From the NCBI RefSeq assembly GCF_020745735.1, contig NC_083409.1, positions 9,413,534 to 9,477,533 of the forward strand: a DNA stretch of 64,000 nucleotides. Reading direction: 5' to 3'. The notes under the pieces were generated by a model. The model was not told the origin of the DNA. It saw nothing but the letters and a program-made list of their open reading frames with translations, and did not search any database. A program made the translations under genes and the position numbers. The DNA is from Hemiscyllium ocellatum. Taxonomy: Eukaryota. Shown one piece after another: positions 26,480 to 36,769 of this stretch; within the stretch, counting starts at the first letter, position 1, and each line of letters starts with the position of its first letter.

Positions 26480-27760
26480 ACTGAGGAAGTTCAAAGGAAC
26501 AGAGTGATCTTGGGTGCTTCTCCACTGATCCCTGAATATGGCAAGACAGGTTAACAGAGCAGTTATGAAGGCACAGGGGACACCTGCCTTTGTTATGTCA
26601 GGTATTGGTTGTAAAAACAGGAGGATATGGTGCAGTTAAGCAGAACATTGGTGAGGCCACAGCTGGAGTACTGTGTGCAGTTCAGGTCACCACACTGTAG
26701 GAAGGATGTGATTGCACTGGATGGGGTGCAGAGGGGAATCACCAGGATGTTGTGTGGGATGGAACCTCTCAGTGATGAAGAGAAATTCGATCAGCTCGGG
26801 TTGTTTTCTTCAGAGCAGAGAAGGTGGAGGGGGGACCTGGTAGAGGTGTATAAGGTTATGAGGGGAATGGACAGGGTGGAGAGAAAGCAGCTGTTCTCCT
26901 TCATGGGAGGGTCAATAACAAGTTGGCTCACATTCAGTGTGAAAGATTGGAGGTTTCAAGATGTTTTGAGGAAAATGTTTTTCATCCAGAGGATGGTGTG
27001 CATCTGGAATGCACAGCCTGGGAGGGGAGTTGAGGTGGGAAACCTCACAAACTTTAAAATGTACTTGGGTGAGCAGTTGAAATGTCATAACATTCAAGCT
27101 GTGGGCCTCATGTTGGAAAGTGGGACTGGTATAGGTTTAGTGTAGTTTGGCTGGTACACAGTTAATGGGCTGAAGGGCCTCCTCTGTGTGATTTTATGAT
27201 TCTGTTGTGTGCAGTTTTGGTTTCCTTATCTGAGGAAGGATGTTCTGGCTGTGGAGGGAGGGCAGCGAAGGTTTACCAGACTGATTGCTGGGAGGACAGC
27301 ACTTAGATCTGATGAGGAACTGGATCAGTTAGGATTATATTCATTGGCGCTTAGAAGATTGAGAGGAATCACATTGAAACCTTGAAAATCCGAACAGGAC
27401 AAGACCAGAACAACACAGGGAGGATGTTCCTGATGACTGGAGATTCCAGAACTACGAGTTATAGTTTAAAGAAAAGAGAAATGTTATTTCAGACTGAGCT
27501 GAGGAGACATTTCTTTAGCCAGAGACTGGGAAGCTAGTGGGATATTCTGTCACAGAAAGCAGTTGAGCCCAAAACATTCAATATTTTCAAGAGAGGATAA
27601 GTATATTCTTAGGACTAAAGGGGTTAAAGTTTATGGAGATAAAATGGGAGCGGGAACTAAATTGGATGATCAGCCATGGTCAGATTGAATGGCAGAGCCA
27701 ACTTGAAGGGCTGAATGGCTTCCTCTTGCTCCTAGTTCCTCTGTTTCTATGTTTGAGAGA
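26480..27760 (+). mobile_element. Two consecutive 5'-truncated CR1 3' fragments
   Basis: LVRPQLEYCVQFRSP...RWRGDLVEVYK (ORF 26627-27145); a second copy starts near 27200. Confidence 0.85.
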
Positions 27761-27774
27761 TTGTTCATAAACAT

Positions 27775-28720
27775 GGAAACATATGGAATTATAGAGTCTT
27801 AGAGCCATCGAGTCCTACAGCACAGAGACAGGCCCTTTGGTCCACACTGGGCCATGCTGACCAAAATGTCCATCCATGCTAACCCCATTTCCCTGCACTT
27901 GTCCCATATCCTTCAAATGTTTCCCTATCTATCTATTTGTCCAAATGTCTTTTAAATGTTGTTAATGTAGCCACCTCAATCACTTCAGCTGGCATCTCAT
28001 TCCACGTGCGTGCCACCCTCTGTGTAAAAATGTTGCCCCTCAGGTTCCCTTTTATTCATTCCTCTCTAACACTAAACTGATGCCCTCTCATCCTCGATTC
28101 CCCAACCCTATCCATGTCTCTCATGATCTTATACACTTCTAAAAGTTCCCCCACCAGTCTCCTGTGTTCCATGAAATAAGTCCTAACTTGCCTAAACTCT
28201 CCCTATAATCAGATTGTTGAGTCCAGGCAACATCCTTGTAAATTTCTTGAGTACTCTTTCTGGTTTAGTAATATCCTTCCTGTAACAAGATGTCCAAACT
28301 GAATACAATATTCCAAGTGTGACCTCACTGACATCCTGTACAAGATGAGAGATTAGATTCCCTACAGTGTGGAAACAGATCTTCGGCCCAACCAATCCAC
28401 ACCGACCCTCTGAAGAGTAACCCACCTAGACCCATTTCCTCTGACTAATGTACCTCAGACTATGGCCAATTTAACATGGCCAATTCACCTGACCTGCACA
28501 TCAAACTTACTAATCATGCCTTACAGATTCTCATCCAAATCATTAATATTGATAACAAACAGTAATGGGGCCAGCACTGAGCCCTGAGGCACTCCACTCA
28601 ACACAGGCCTCCAGTCTGACAAGCATCCTTCCAATATCACCCTCTGCTTCCTATCATCAAGACAGTGATAGAAAAGTATTTGTCTTTGGTTCGGAATTAG
28701 TTTGGAGGTAGGAGACAGAG
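27775..28720 (-). mobile_element. CR1 3' fragment containing a V-SINE 3' piece (28345-28500)
   Basis: [19 protein letters not shown]; RT C-terminal motifs on the minus strand. Confidence 0.8.
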
Positions 28721-28789
28721 AAGAGGGATAACGTGTGTGCTCTCCAATGAACAAGATGTGAATAGTGGTGTCCCCAGGGATTTGTGCAG

Positions 28790-29270
28790 GGGCCTCAGTA
28801 TTTCACGATATTTCTCAATGACTTGGATGAAGGAATAGAGAGCCAATTATCCAAGATTGCTGACCACACGGAGTGAGGCAGCTTGGAGGAGGTTACAGAG
28901 ATAGGGAGAGTGGAGGGCAGAGAGGGATTTGAGAACAAGGATGAGAATTGAAAATCGAGGTGTTGCTCGACCAGGAGCCAATATAGGCACGGGGTGCAGG
29001 GGTTGTGGGAACGGGGCTTGGTGCAAGCTCGGATACGGGCTGCAGAATTTTGGATGAGGTGAAGGATACAGAGGGCAGTGGCTGTGATGTGCATCAGCCA
29101 TTGGAATGGTCATGTTTGGAGCCCCATAAACATGGCTGAGATTTTCAGTGGCTGATCTTTGTGATATGAAAGATATGGGGCTGAGATCATTCTCAAACAT
29201 GAGACCCAGTTTGTAAAGAGTCTAGTTGAGCAGCAGATAGTGCTCAGGGAGAGGGATGGAGCGTATACCA
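28790..29270 (-). mobile_element. L2-type LINE RT C-terminal fragment
   Basis: LHLIQNSAARIRACTKPRSH...LYWLLVEQHLDF / ILILVLKSL...PYLCNLLQ. Confidence 0.75.
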
Positions 29271-29467
29271 GGATCTGAAGAGGATGGCTTTGATCTTCCC
29301 AATATGTTTCACAATGAGCTTGGCTCCTCAGTCCTGACTGCTCTTAGCTGCTGTGATTGTCACTGATCGGACACTTATTATTAGAGATTCTGACCACAGC
29401 AGAAAGCCCCAGTGTAAAAAATAACTGCAAAGACTGTCAGATCGCAAGGTTGAAACTTCACAAAAAA

Positions 29468-29540
29468 GAGGAAGTGAAAGAAGGAGCTCGGAGCAGCTGG
29501 GTGTTTGTTACTGAGACGGGAGAAAACTGTGAACCACCTG
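29468..29540 (+). promoter_or_regulatory. Candidate B-cell enhancer motif cluster (PU.1-IRF composite plus E-boxes)
   Basis: AAAAAAGAGGAAGTGAAA (GGAAnnGAAA at 29470-29479), CAGCTG 29494-29499, CACCTG 29535-29540, in sequence not recognisable as a repeat. Motif evidence only. Confidence 0.35.
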
Positions 29541-31699
29541 CACTCCCTGGAATCTGACAGCACAGGAGGCTGGTTCTAGGATTTATTTTTTTGCAGAAAC
29601 AGCACAGTTTTGGAAAAGGTGTCAGTCATTCTCTCACAAGCACACACGCCTGCACTCGGAGATCAGAAACAGAATCCAGCAGCAGCTCTGTCTCCAAGCT
29701 GTGAAACCTGCACAGAATTGATCCCTCATTCAGTTTATAACTGGCAGGATAGACCAAGCAGGAGAGGCAACACAGTGGTGTGTACAGTCGGAAGGGAGTT
29801 GCCCTGAGAGTCCTCACCATTAACTATGGAACCCATGAAGCCTCATGACAGCAGGTCAAACATGGGGAAGGAAACCTCCTGCTGATTACCACATAGCACC
29901 GCCCTCCGCTCCAACCTCAACTGAGCAGTCAGTCCTCCTCCATGTTGAACAACACTTGGTGGGAGCACTGAAGGAGGGAATGATGCAGGATATATCCTGA
30001 GTAAGGGATTTCAAAGCCCACCATCAAGAGCTGCTCAGAAGCATCACTACTGAGCAAACTGGTCACGCTCCACCTGATTCAGCTGCTCGACTGGACCTGG
30101 GGCAGTTGGTGAGGGAACCAACAAGAGGGAAAAACATACTCACTATCACCCTCACCAAGCTGCCTGCTGCTGGTGTATCTGTCCATAACAGTATCAGTAA
30201 GAGTGACCATCGCACAGTCTGTGTGGAGACAAAATCCTATCTTGCCTTTGAGATTATCTTACATTCTGTTGGGCAAGAGATATGGAATGTCAGAAAGAAC
30301 TTTGATTTTAGCAGAAATTGGCAAAGTCTTGGAAATTAGTGCCCATTCAGGTGAGACAGGTGAAGAGACTCAGTGATTGCAATGGCAGATTGGATGGGCT
30401 CTTGATGGAAATAAACCTGCAAGGCTCTGAGGGTCGAGTAGGGGAGGGGGTGGGACTGACTGGATTGCTCCATGAAATGACAGCATTTCCCTGACAGGCT
30501 GAATGTTCTCCCCCTGTGCTGGAAATAGGTCTCACTCAATGAGGGGTTCACAATTAGAGAGTTTGGATGCAGTAAATACAGGACAAATTGTTTCTTCAGG
30601 CAGGAGGGTCAGTAACCAGAGGGCACACATTTCAGAAAGAGTCTAAAGTACAAGAGAGAAGATAGGAACATTTTTTATCCAGCGAGTTCATGGTGACTGT
30701 CTGCAAGGTGAGTGGAAGTGGATTCAACAGCAACTTTCAAAAGGGCATTTGGAGAAATAGCTGAAAAGGAAATAATTGCAGTTATACAGGAAGGGCTGGG
30801 GAAATGGGACTCATTGTACTCATTTGACTAACAGTCACAATCAGCCCAGTGACCTCTGTCTGTGCTGTATGAGAGCTGACACACACTCAGACTCACCTTT
30901 ACACAAAGACTGGGAGAAACAGACAACCCAGTTTACAGAAGAGCGTTTTCTCAAGGGAAACTCTCTTGAACCAACTCAAGGAACAGGCCAGACTAGATTT
31001 ACTGATGAGGAATAATTCAGCAAATCAATGGCAAGGGAACAGTGAACCAAAGTGATGGGATTGAACAGTATATTCAATAGCACAACCATTGAGAGGGGGA
31101 GGGATCAAGGGCAGGAGGTCTGAGAGCATGCTGTAGGGGTCTGAAGGCTCTGCTGTCAATGGTGGGATGGAGCAAGCAGCAATGAGCAGGAGACCAGAGA
31201 CAGAAGATGGAAGGGGGAGGGAGGGAATGTGAGTCTGCAGCAGGACACAGACGGTGGGAGGGGGGAGGCCATAGAGTCAATTGGCTGGCAGTGAGGACAG
31301 GGGTCATTCTGGAATGACAGATGGATAAGACAGGGAAGAGCCCACTCCATATCAGACAAGTTGGAGTTTATGGAATATGGCTTTAGGAAGCTGGGAGAGG
31401 ACATTGGAATCATAGAGTTAGGGGGCAGGACGAGCAGGAATTAGGGTTTCTGTGGTCAAGGGGCCGAGGTAATGCAGAGACAATGTTGTTGAGATTGAAA
31501 TAAGAGACCTACGTGATGGAGAGGATGTCGGATTTGTAGCTCAGGTGCTGGACAGTCCTGAGGGAAGGAGGACCATGTTTACTAGTCTCTTCTAGAGTAT
31601 CCAAAGGGAAGGAGGTCCCTGTTTATTGGTGTCTATTGGAGGTTCCAGTGGAAAGAGGTCCATGTTTACTGGTTCTATGGGAAAGTGTCCCAAGTATAT

Positions 31700-32930
31700 A
31701 TCACCAAAGAGTCATAGAGGTTTACAGCATGGGATCAGGCCGTTCAGCTCAACTCATCCATGCCGACCAAGTATCCAAAACTGAACTAGTCCCATTTGCA
31801 TGTGTTTGGCCCAATTCTCTCTAAATCCTTCCTATCCATGTTCCTGTAAGAATGACCTTGAAATGTAGTAATTGTACTCACCTCTACGAATTCTTTAGTC
31901 AGCTCATTACACATACACACTAACCTCTGTGTGAAAATGTTGCCCCTCAGTTTCCTACTAATTCTTTCCCCTCCCAACTTAAACCTACTCCTTCTAGTAC
32001 TGGACTCTCCTACCCTGGGGAAAAGACTTTGACTATTCACCTTATCTATGACCCTCATGATTCTATAAACCTCTATAAGGTCACCCCTCAATCTCCTGCA
32101 TTCCCTGGAAAAACATCTTGGCCTATTCATCCTCATCTTGTAATTCAAATCCTCCAATCTTGATAACATCCCTGTTAATCTTTCATTTATTCAAACCACT
32201 GTCATAACTTCCTCCCTATAGCAGGGTAAGCAGAAATGTACTGTGTCCAAATGTGGCCTTACCAATGCCTTGTACAGCTGTAACATGATGTCCCAGCTCC
32301 TGTACTCCCTGCTTTGACCAGTGAAGGTGAGCGTGCCAAATACCTTCTTCATCACCCTGTCTACCTGTGAGACCACTTCCAAGGAACTATGTACCTGTAC
32401 CCCTCGTCTCTCTGTTCAACAACACTTCCCATGGCTCTACAATTAATTGTGTAATTTCTGCCCTGGTTTGTCTTCCCAAAATGCAACTCCTTCCATTTAT
32501 CAAAATTTCCATCTGGATTTGTTGACGCACTGGCCCAGTTGATCAAGATGACATTGCACTCTTGGATAACCTTCTACCCTGTCCACTATGCCAACAATTA
32601 TAACGTCAGCCACAAACTTACTGACCATTCCTGCTATTTTCTCATCCAAATTGTTTACATCAATGATGAACAACAGTGGATCCATGATCGATTCTTGTGA
32701 CAGACAGTTGGTCACTGGCCTCCAGTCTGAAGAACAACCCTCTCTCACCAGCCTCAGCCTCCTATCATCAGGCCAATTTCATATCCAATTGGCGAGCTGT
32801 CCCTGGATCCTATGTGAAATAATCTTACTAAGCAGTCTACCATCGGGAACCTTGTATTAACTCCCTGTAGACAGAGTGTACTACTCTATCTTTACCTATC
32901 TTCTTGCTCCTTCTTCAAAAACTCAACCAT
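31700..32930 (-). mobile_element. CR1 3' fragment splitting a 44-bp minisatellite
   Basis: CR1 RT and 3' motifs (LYKALVRPHL, RLRGDLIEVY); 44-bp repeat units on both sides. Confidence 0.82.
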
Positions 32931-32939
32931 CTACTCATC

Positions 32940-33225
32940 TCCATTGGAAGTTCCAGTGATTTGGAGGCCCATATTTACTGGTCTGTCTTGGAGGATCCAG
33001 TCAGAAGGAGATCCATGTTTACTGGTCTGTGTTGGAGGTTCCAGCAGGAAGGAGGTCCATGTTTACTGGTCTTTACTAGACGATCCAGTCCGAAAGAGGT
33101 ACATGTTTACTGGTCTCCTTTGGAGAGTCCAGTCAGAAGGAGACCAATGTTGACTGGTCTCTAGTGGAGGCTCCTGCAGGAAGGAGGCCCATGTTTACTG
33201 GACTCTGTAGGAGAGTCCAGTGCAT
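32940..33225. repeat. 44-bp minisatellite (CCATGTTTACTGGTCT...GAAGGAGG); second block at 31560-31690
   Basis: Unit starts at 33013, 33057, 33101, 33145 and 33189, exactly 44 bp apart. Confidence 0.9.
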
Positions 33226-33771
33226 CATGGACTCCAAGGTGAGTGTGGGGTTCATTTCCTTTCTGTTGTAACTGTGTAATGGTTCAACCCGTATCCCAGT
33301 AAAACACCCTGACTCAGAGACTGATCATGGAAAGGGAAGGAGAGGGGTAGGAGAGGGGAAGGGATTGGAAAATGTTGTGAATGGACATGCTGGATCAGGG
33401 GGTCAGAGCCTGTCCTGTCCCTCCAGCTCACACTGATGGCCTGAGGATCTCCTCTCTCTGCTGGGCCTTCATGGAATGAGCTTTGTGTCCAAACCAGTCC
33501 CCAGTGAGAACAGGCCAACAGCACAGAACTGCCCTTCATTTGACAAGAATCGAGGCATCTTTCTGAGAGAGGCCAAATCCAGGTCAATGCGGAAAATGGG
33601 GCCTTACTCCAGGAGAAAACATGCTTCTGGGGTCAAGGGTTAGCATCCATGAGTGGGGCAGAGAGAGGGAGATTCATCCTGAATTCAACTGCCACAACCT
33701 GGGACACTGAGAAAGAGAGAGAAGTGAGTCAGAGACAAAGGGTGAGTGTCTGTACGTGTGTGTGTGTATGT

Positions 33772-33774
<3 letters not shown>

Positions 33775-33811
<37 letters not shown>
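33775..33811. repeat. (AG)n microsatellite within a GA-rich tract (33700-34150)
   Basis: Direct observation. Confidence 0.95.
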
Positions 33812-33814
<3 letters not shown>

Positions 33815-35072
33815 TGAGAGACATGAGTATGATTAAAAACAGAATGACAGAGAGGGAGGGAGTACGATTGTAGATTTGGGAATACAGAGAGGGAGGGAGT
33901 GAGACAGAGGGAGGTATGGAGAGGAGAGATAACAGAGGATCGAAATTGAAGCGAGAGAGGGAAGGAGTTATGGAGACAGTGAGAGATGGAAAAATAAAGA
34001 TTATGAGATGGAGTGAGAAAGCATAAGTGAATTGGGGAGAGTGGCTATGAGACAGAGTGAGAGAGAGCGAGAACATGAAAGAGATTAATAGTAGGAGAGA
34101 GAGGGATAGAGAGAAAGAAGTGGCAGATGTGAGACAGAGAGAGAGAGGTGGATAGGTCCTGGTCACCACATTCTGAGAAGGATGTGATTGTACTTGAGAG
34201 GGTGCAGAGATTTACCAAGATGCTGCCTGGGATGGAGGGTCAGCTGTGGGGAAATCTTGGAAAGGTTGGGATTGTTTCCTTGGAGCAGTGAAGGCTGAGA
34301 GGGGACATGATAGAGGGGGATAAGATTATTTGGGGCAGTGATACTGTGGGTAAGAAGGCACTTTATATATCAGTAAAGGACTCAATAACCTGTGTCCCAG
34401 GTAACACAGACATGGACACATAGAAACTCGGAACTGGAGTAGGCCTTTTGGCCCTTTGAGTCTGCTCTGTCATTCAGTATGATCATGGCTGATCCTCTCT
34501 CTCAAAACCATATTCCTGCTTTCTCCCTATTCCCTTCATGCTGTTAAAATGCAAAACAATTATCTCTCTCTTTTTCTTGAATTTATTCAGTTCCTTGGGT
34601 TCCACAGTTGTCCTACCCTTTGAGTGAAGAAATGTTTCCTCATCTCAGTCCAAAATGGTCTACCCTGTATCCCCCTGAGACTGGGTCCCCTGATTCCAGA
34701 CTTCCCAGCCAGGGGAAACCTCCTCCTGTCCAGCCCTGTTAGAATTTTAAACATCTCAATCAGATTCCCTCTCATCTTTCTAAACTTGAGTGAGTCCAGG
34801 CCCAGTCAAATTGGAGTGATAGGAGAATTGAGGAGAACTGTTTTCACCCAGAGGGTGGTGGGAGTCTGGAACTCACTGCCTGAAAGGCTGGTTGAGTCAC
34901 AAACTCTCGTGACATTGGAGCAGTGTTTAGATATTCCCTTGTGTTGCTGTAGCCTCCAGGGTGATGGGCCAAGAGCTGGAGGATGGGATTAGTGTCATTA
35001 GATCTTTGTTTACTCACATGGACACAATGGGCCAAATGGCCTCATTCAATGTTGTTCACATCAATGATTCTC

Positions 35073-35109
35073 AGAGAGAGAGAGAGAGAGCGAGAGAGGG
35101 AGAGAGAGA
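35073..35109. repeat. (AG)n microsatellite immediately upstream of the V promoter
   Basis: Direct observation. Confidence 0.95.
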
Positions 35110-35110
35110 A

Positions 35111-35203
35111 GAGGAAGTGTGAGGGGCTGACGTGGCTCTCTCTGCCTGATGCCATTTACATAGGAACACCCAGTCAGACTCTCACAGGCTGCAGCTTTAT
35201 AAA
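35111..35203 (+). promoter_or_regulatory. V-kappa promoter region
   Basis: GAGGAAGT (ETS/PU.1-like) 35111-35118, TGACGTGG 35128-35135, octamer variant ATTTACAT 35154-35161, TATAAA 35198-35203, ATG 60 nt further on. Confidence 0.7.
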
Positions 35204-35263
35204 GCAGAGCCCAGTGAAGGGAGAGTTTATCAGGAACCAGGCACAGGGACAGGAGCACACACC

Positions 35264-35312
35264 ATGATTTCACACATCCAGCTGATCTGGCCCCCGGCAT
35301 TCTGTGTCGCAG
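35264..35312 (+). pseudogene. IGKV: Ig kappa-type light-chain V leader exon (MISHIQLIWPPAFCVA+G)
   Basis: ATG at 35264, hydrophobic signal peptide, phase-1 donor G|GTACAA at 35313; 186-bp intron ending in ttctctctgacacctcAG at 35498, in frame with the V exon. Confidence 0.92.
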
Positions 35313-35498
35313 GTACAAATCTCTCTCCTTCCACCTTGAATCTTCAGCTGCTCTCCATTCCACTCCAATTCCACTGACTTGTGATTGAAGGGAAAATGCT
35401 GAAACCAGAAGAATGCTCTTTGTCTCCAACAATCTCTCATTTGACAGGCTCTTTCTGTGACAGTTCTGACTTCACTGTGATTCTCTCTGACACCTCAG

Positions 35499-35794
35499 TT
35501 ATCAGTGGGGACATCATCATGACCGAGTCTCCCCCGGTGCTGTTAATGGGACTGGGCCAGACTGCAACCACCACCTGGATGACCAGTCAAAGCATTAGCA
35601 GCTACCTTGCTTGGTACCAGCAGTGAGAAGGTCTGAAACCCTCTCTCCTTATCTATGATGCAACAAATCGATTCACAGGAGTCTCCGATCGATTCACCGG
35701 CAGTGGATCAGGGACCAGTTTCACCCTGACAATCAGCAACGTTCAGAATGAAGATGTCGCTGACTATTACTGTCAGCAGTATAGCAGCAGCCTT
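35499..35794 (+). pseudogene. IGKV: Ig kappa-type (NS4/type III-like) V segment, unrearranged, pseudogene
   Basis: Translates (V)[97 protein letters not shown]. It has WYQQ, LLIY, GSGSGT and DYYC, but TGA at 35624-35626 and Trp (TGG 35576) at the first conserved Cys position. Confidence 0.95.
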
Positions 35795-35822
35795 TACAGT
35801 GATACAGTGCCATACAAAATCC
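35795..35822 (+). other. V recombination signal sequence, 12-bp spacer, mutated heptamer
   Basis: TACAGTG (consensus CACAGTG) 35795-35801, spacer ATACAGTGCCAT (12 bp), ACAAAATCC (consensus ACAAAAACC) 35814-35822. Confidence 0.93.
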
Positions 35823-36266
35823 TCAACACGCACAACACCACCTTCTGTACTGACACATCCAACAGTTATATGAAATGTATAATAATGGACAAACAGTCCC
35901 ATCTCCTGCACTGACACATCCATAGTTATATATAAAGTAAATTGAACAAATTACCCCATGCTGGGTTTGTCACTGTCCACTACACACTCCAGTCCCTGTG
36001 GTGTCCACCGCTCACTGAAGGCCTCAAGTTTCCCTCTTACACTCCATGGCCACATGTGAAGAACAGCTGCAAAATTTAACAATGAAAACTAAATTTCACA
36101 AACCCCCGAGAGTAGCTGGACACAACCCCGGAAGACAGAGAAAGATAGGCACATGAATGAGGGAGAGACAGAGAGGGGTAGGGAGTGAATGAGATTGACC
36201 AAGAATAGACAGAGACAGAGAGAGACAGGGAGAGGTTGAGAGTGACAGGGGAAAGCAGAGAGCTGA

Positions 36267-36305
36267 GGTTTTTGTACAGCCTCTGCACTGGGAGCTCTCA
36301 CTGTG
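36267..36305 (+). other. J recombination signal sequence, 23-bp spacer, perfect consensus
   Basis: GGTTTTTGT 36267-36275, 23-bp spacer 36276-36298, CACTGTG 36299-36305. V12/J23 is the kappa-type arrangement. Confidence 0.96.
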
Positions 36306-36340
36306 GTACACGTTCGGTAAAGGAACCAAACTCAAACTGA
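36306..36340 (+). other. IGKJ: Ig kappa-type J segment (YTFGKGTKLKL+A)
   Basis: FGxG motif (TTC GGT AAA GGA) directly after the heptamer. The phase-1 junction required by the C exon falls at 36340|36341, where the donor reads GCAAGT. Confidence 0.95.
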
Positions 36341-36769
36341 GCAAGTAAACCTCAATTGTCCGTTATTAACCCTGTCAATACTGAAATACACTTTCTAAAA
36401 TACAGTTACTGACTTGTTGAAGGTGTTAATGGGGAGCTGCAGTGAATGAAATGGTTGATTGAGGAGCACTGTGTCGAACAGGGTGTCCAGCTGTACTTCT
36501 TTAGTTCCATTGCCCCACTTAAGCAGCAAGACAGAAGTCAGTCAGTTTTACTCACTGTGTGGAGGAGCTCTGTCCATTTGCAGCCTGTGGTCCCATTCCT
36601 GCAGCATGGAGTGAAATCAGTGAGTAACCTCCTGCCAGTCTCAGTGTGACAGACACGGGCAGATTTTGATGTGAGCTCTGGCTCCCTGTCTCAGTCTCTG
36701 ATCTCACTGACCTCAGCAGCAGCAGCACAGTGAGACACCAAGCTCCCACCTCCCCCAGCTTTAACTCTG

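Noticed and set aside
32940-33225. CRISPR-like regular repeat
   Set aside because: Contiguous diverged tandem units with no unique spacers, in a vertebrate genome; an ordinary minisatellite.
35499-36340. Germline-joined VJ, common in some shark light-chain isotypes
   Set aside because: V and J are separate, each with its own RSS.
36460-36735. Extra CACTGTG and CACAGTG heptamers after J (about 36466, 36553, 36726) and near 29770
   Set aside because: No nonamer at 12 or 23 bp and no FGxG coding segment, so they are not additional J or V segments.
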